A stretch of 26,948 bases of DNA from a candidate division WOR-3 bacterium (lineage in GTDB: Bacteria > Hydrothermota > Tepidihabitantia > Tepidihabitantales > CAIPLT01). The stretch is taken from positions 1 through 26,948 of the forward strand of contig CBFGJZ010000021.1 in the NCBI GenBank assembly GCA_965649215.1. Direction: 5' to 3'. Numbering within the stretch: the first letter of the stretch is position 1; every line of letters starts with the position of its first letter. A model generated the notes under the pieces. The model saw only the letters and a list, made by a program, of their open reading frames with translations, was not told the origin of the DNA and did not search any database. This document shows, one piece after another, positions 26,833 to 26,948 of the stretch. Position numbers and translations under genes: made by a program.

Positions 26833-26948
26833 CTATATCTTTCTTTTTTTCTTTACTTGTTCCCAGATTTTATCCATTTCTTGTAAAGTACTTTCAGAAA
26901 GTTTTTTATTATTTTTCTGAAAATGCTTTTCAAGTTGGATAAAACGTT
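26833..26948 (-). CDS. mazG: 3' end (partial) of a probable nucleoside triphosphate pyrophosphohydrolase MazG
   Basis: Not in the ORF track. Manual translation gives RFIQLEKHFQKNNKKLSESTLQEMDKIWEQVKKKRKI* (TAG 26835-26833), matching the MazG C-terminal RF...E......L.EMD..W...K pattern. Confidence 0.7.
   Translation of the reverse strand, partial: RFIQLEKHFQKNNKKLSESTLQEMDKIWEQVKKKRKI

Noticed and set aside
26867..26944. Long imperfect inverted repeat (TTTTATCCA...TTTCAGAAA...TTTCTGAAA...TGGATAAAA) followed by GTT, resembling an attC site or DnaA-box pair
   Set aside because: It lies inside the mazG-like coding frame, has no RYYYAAC partner at its left end, no integrase or cassette array is present, and the DnaA-box match is only partial.

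Overview
AT-rich bacterial chromosome segment. Its gene content (three secreted proteins with T9SS/FlgD-type C-terminal sorting domains, a gingipain-family C25 protease with Ig and Kelch modules, and HdrABC-MvhD) suggests an anaerobic diderm of the FCB group, possibly WOR-3-like; this placement is inference. In order: the 3' end of a FlgD/T9SS-CTD protein; cdd and deoB; tRNA-Leu(GAG); thiL coupled to a 16-repeat SBBP beta-propeller protein; a minus-strand hdrC-hdrB-hdrA-mvhD-surE operon; a DUF2207 membrane protein; an uncharacterised OM-barrel/ABC ATPase/small ORF/two MacB-LolCE permeases/LolA-like operon; two orphan sugar ABC permeases; a stand-alone aspartokinase-beta-like ACT protein; DUF763 with a NOL1/NOP2/Sun m5C methyltransferase; the C25 protease; and the 3' end of a probable mazG that the ORF track missed. 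I saw no mobile element, CRISPR array or rRNA. The most notable pattern read directly from the DNA is that five operon-leading genes have near-consensus sigma70 promoters ending 5-7 nt before the ATG with no Shine-Dalgarno, which points to widespread leaderless mRNA. The tRNA also appears to have almost no 5' leader. All product calls come from motif recognition, not database searches.
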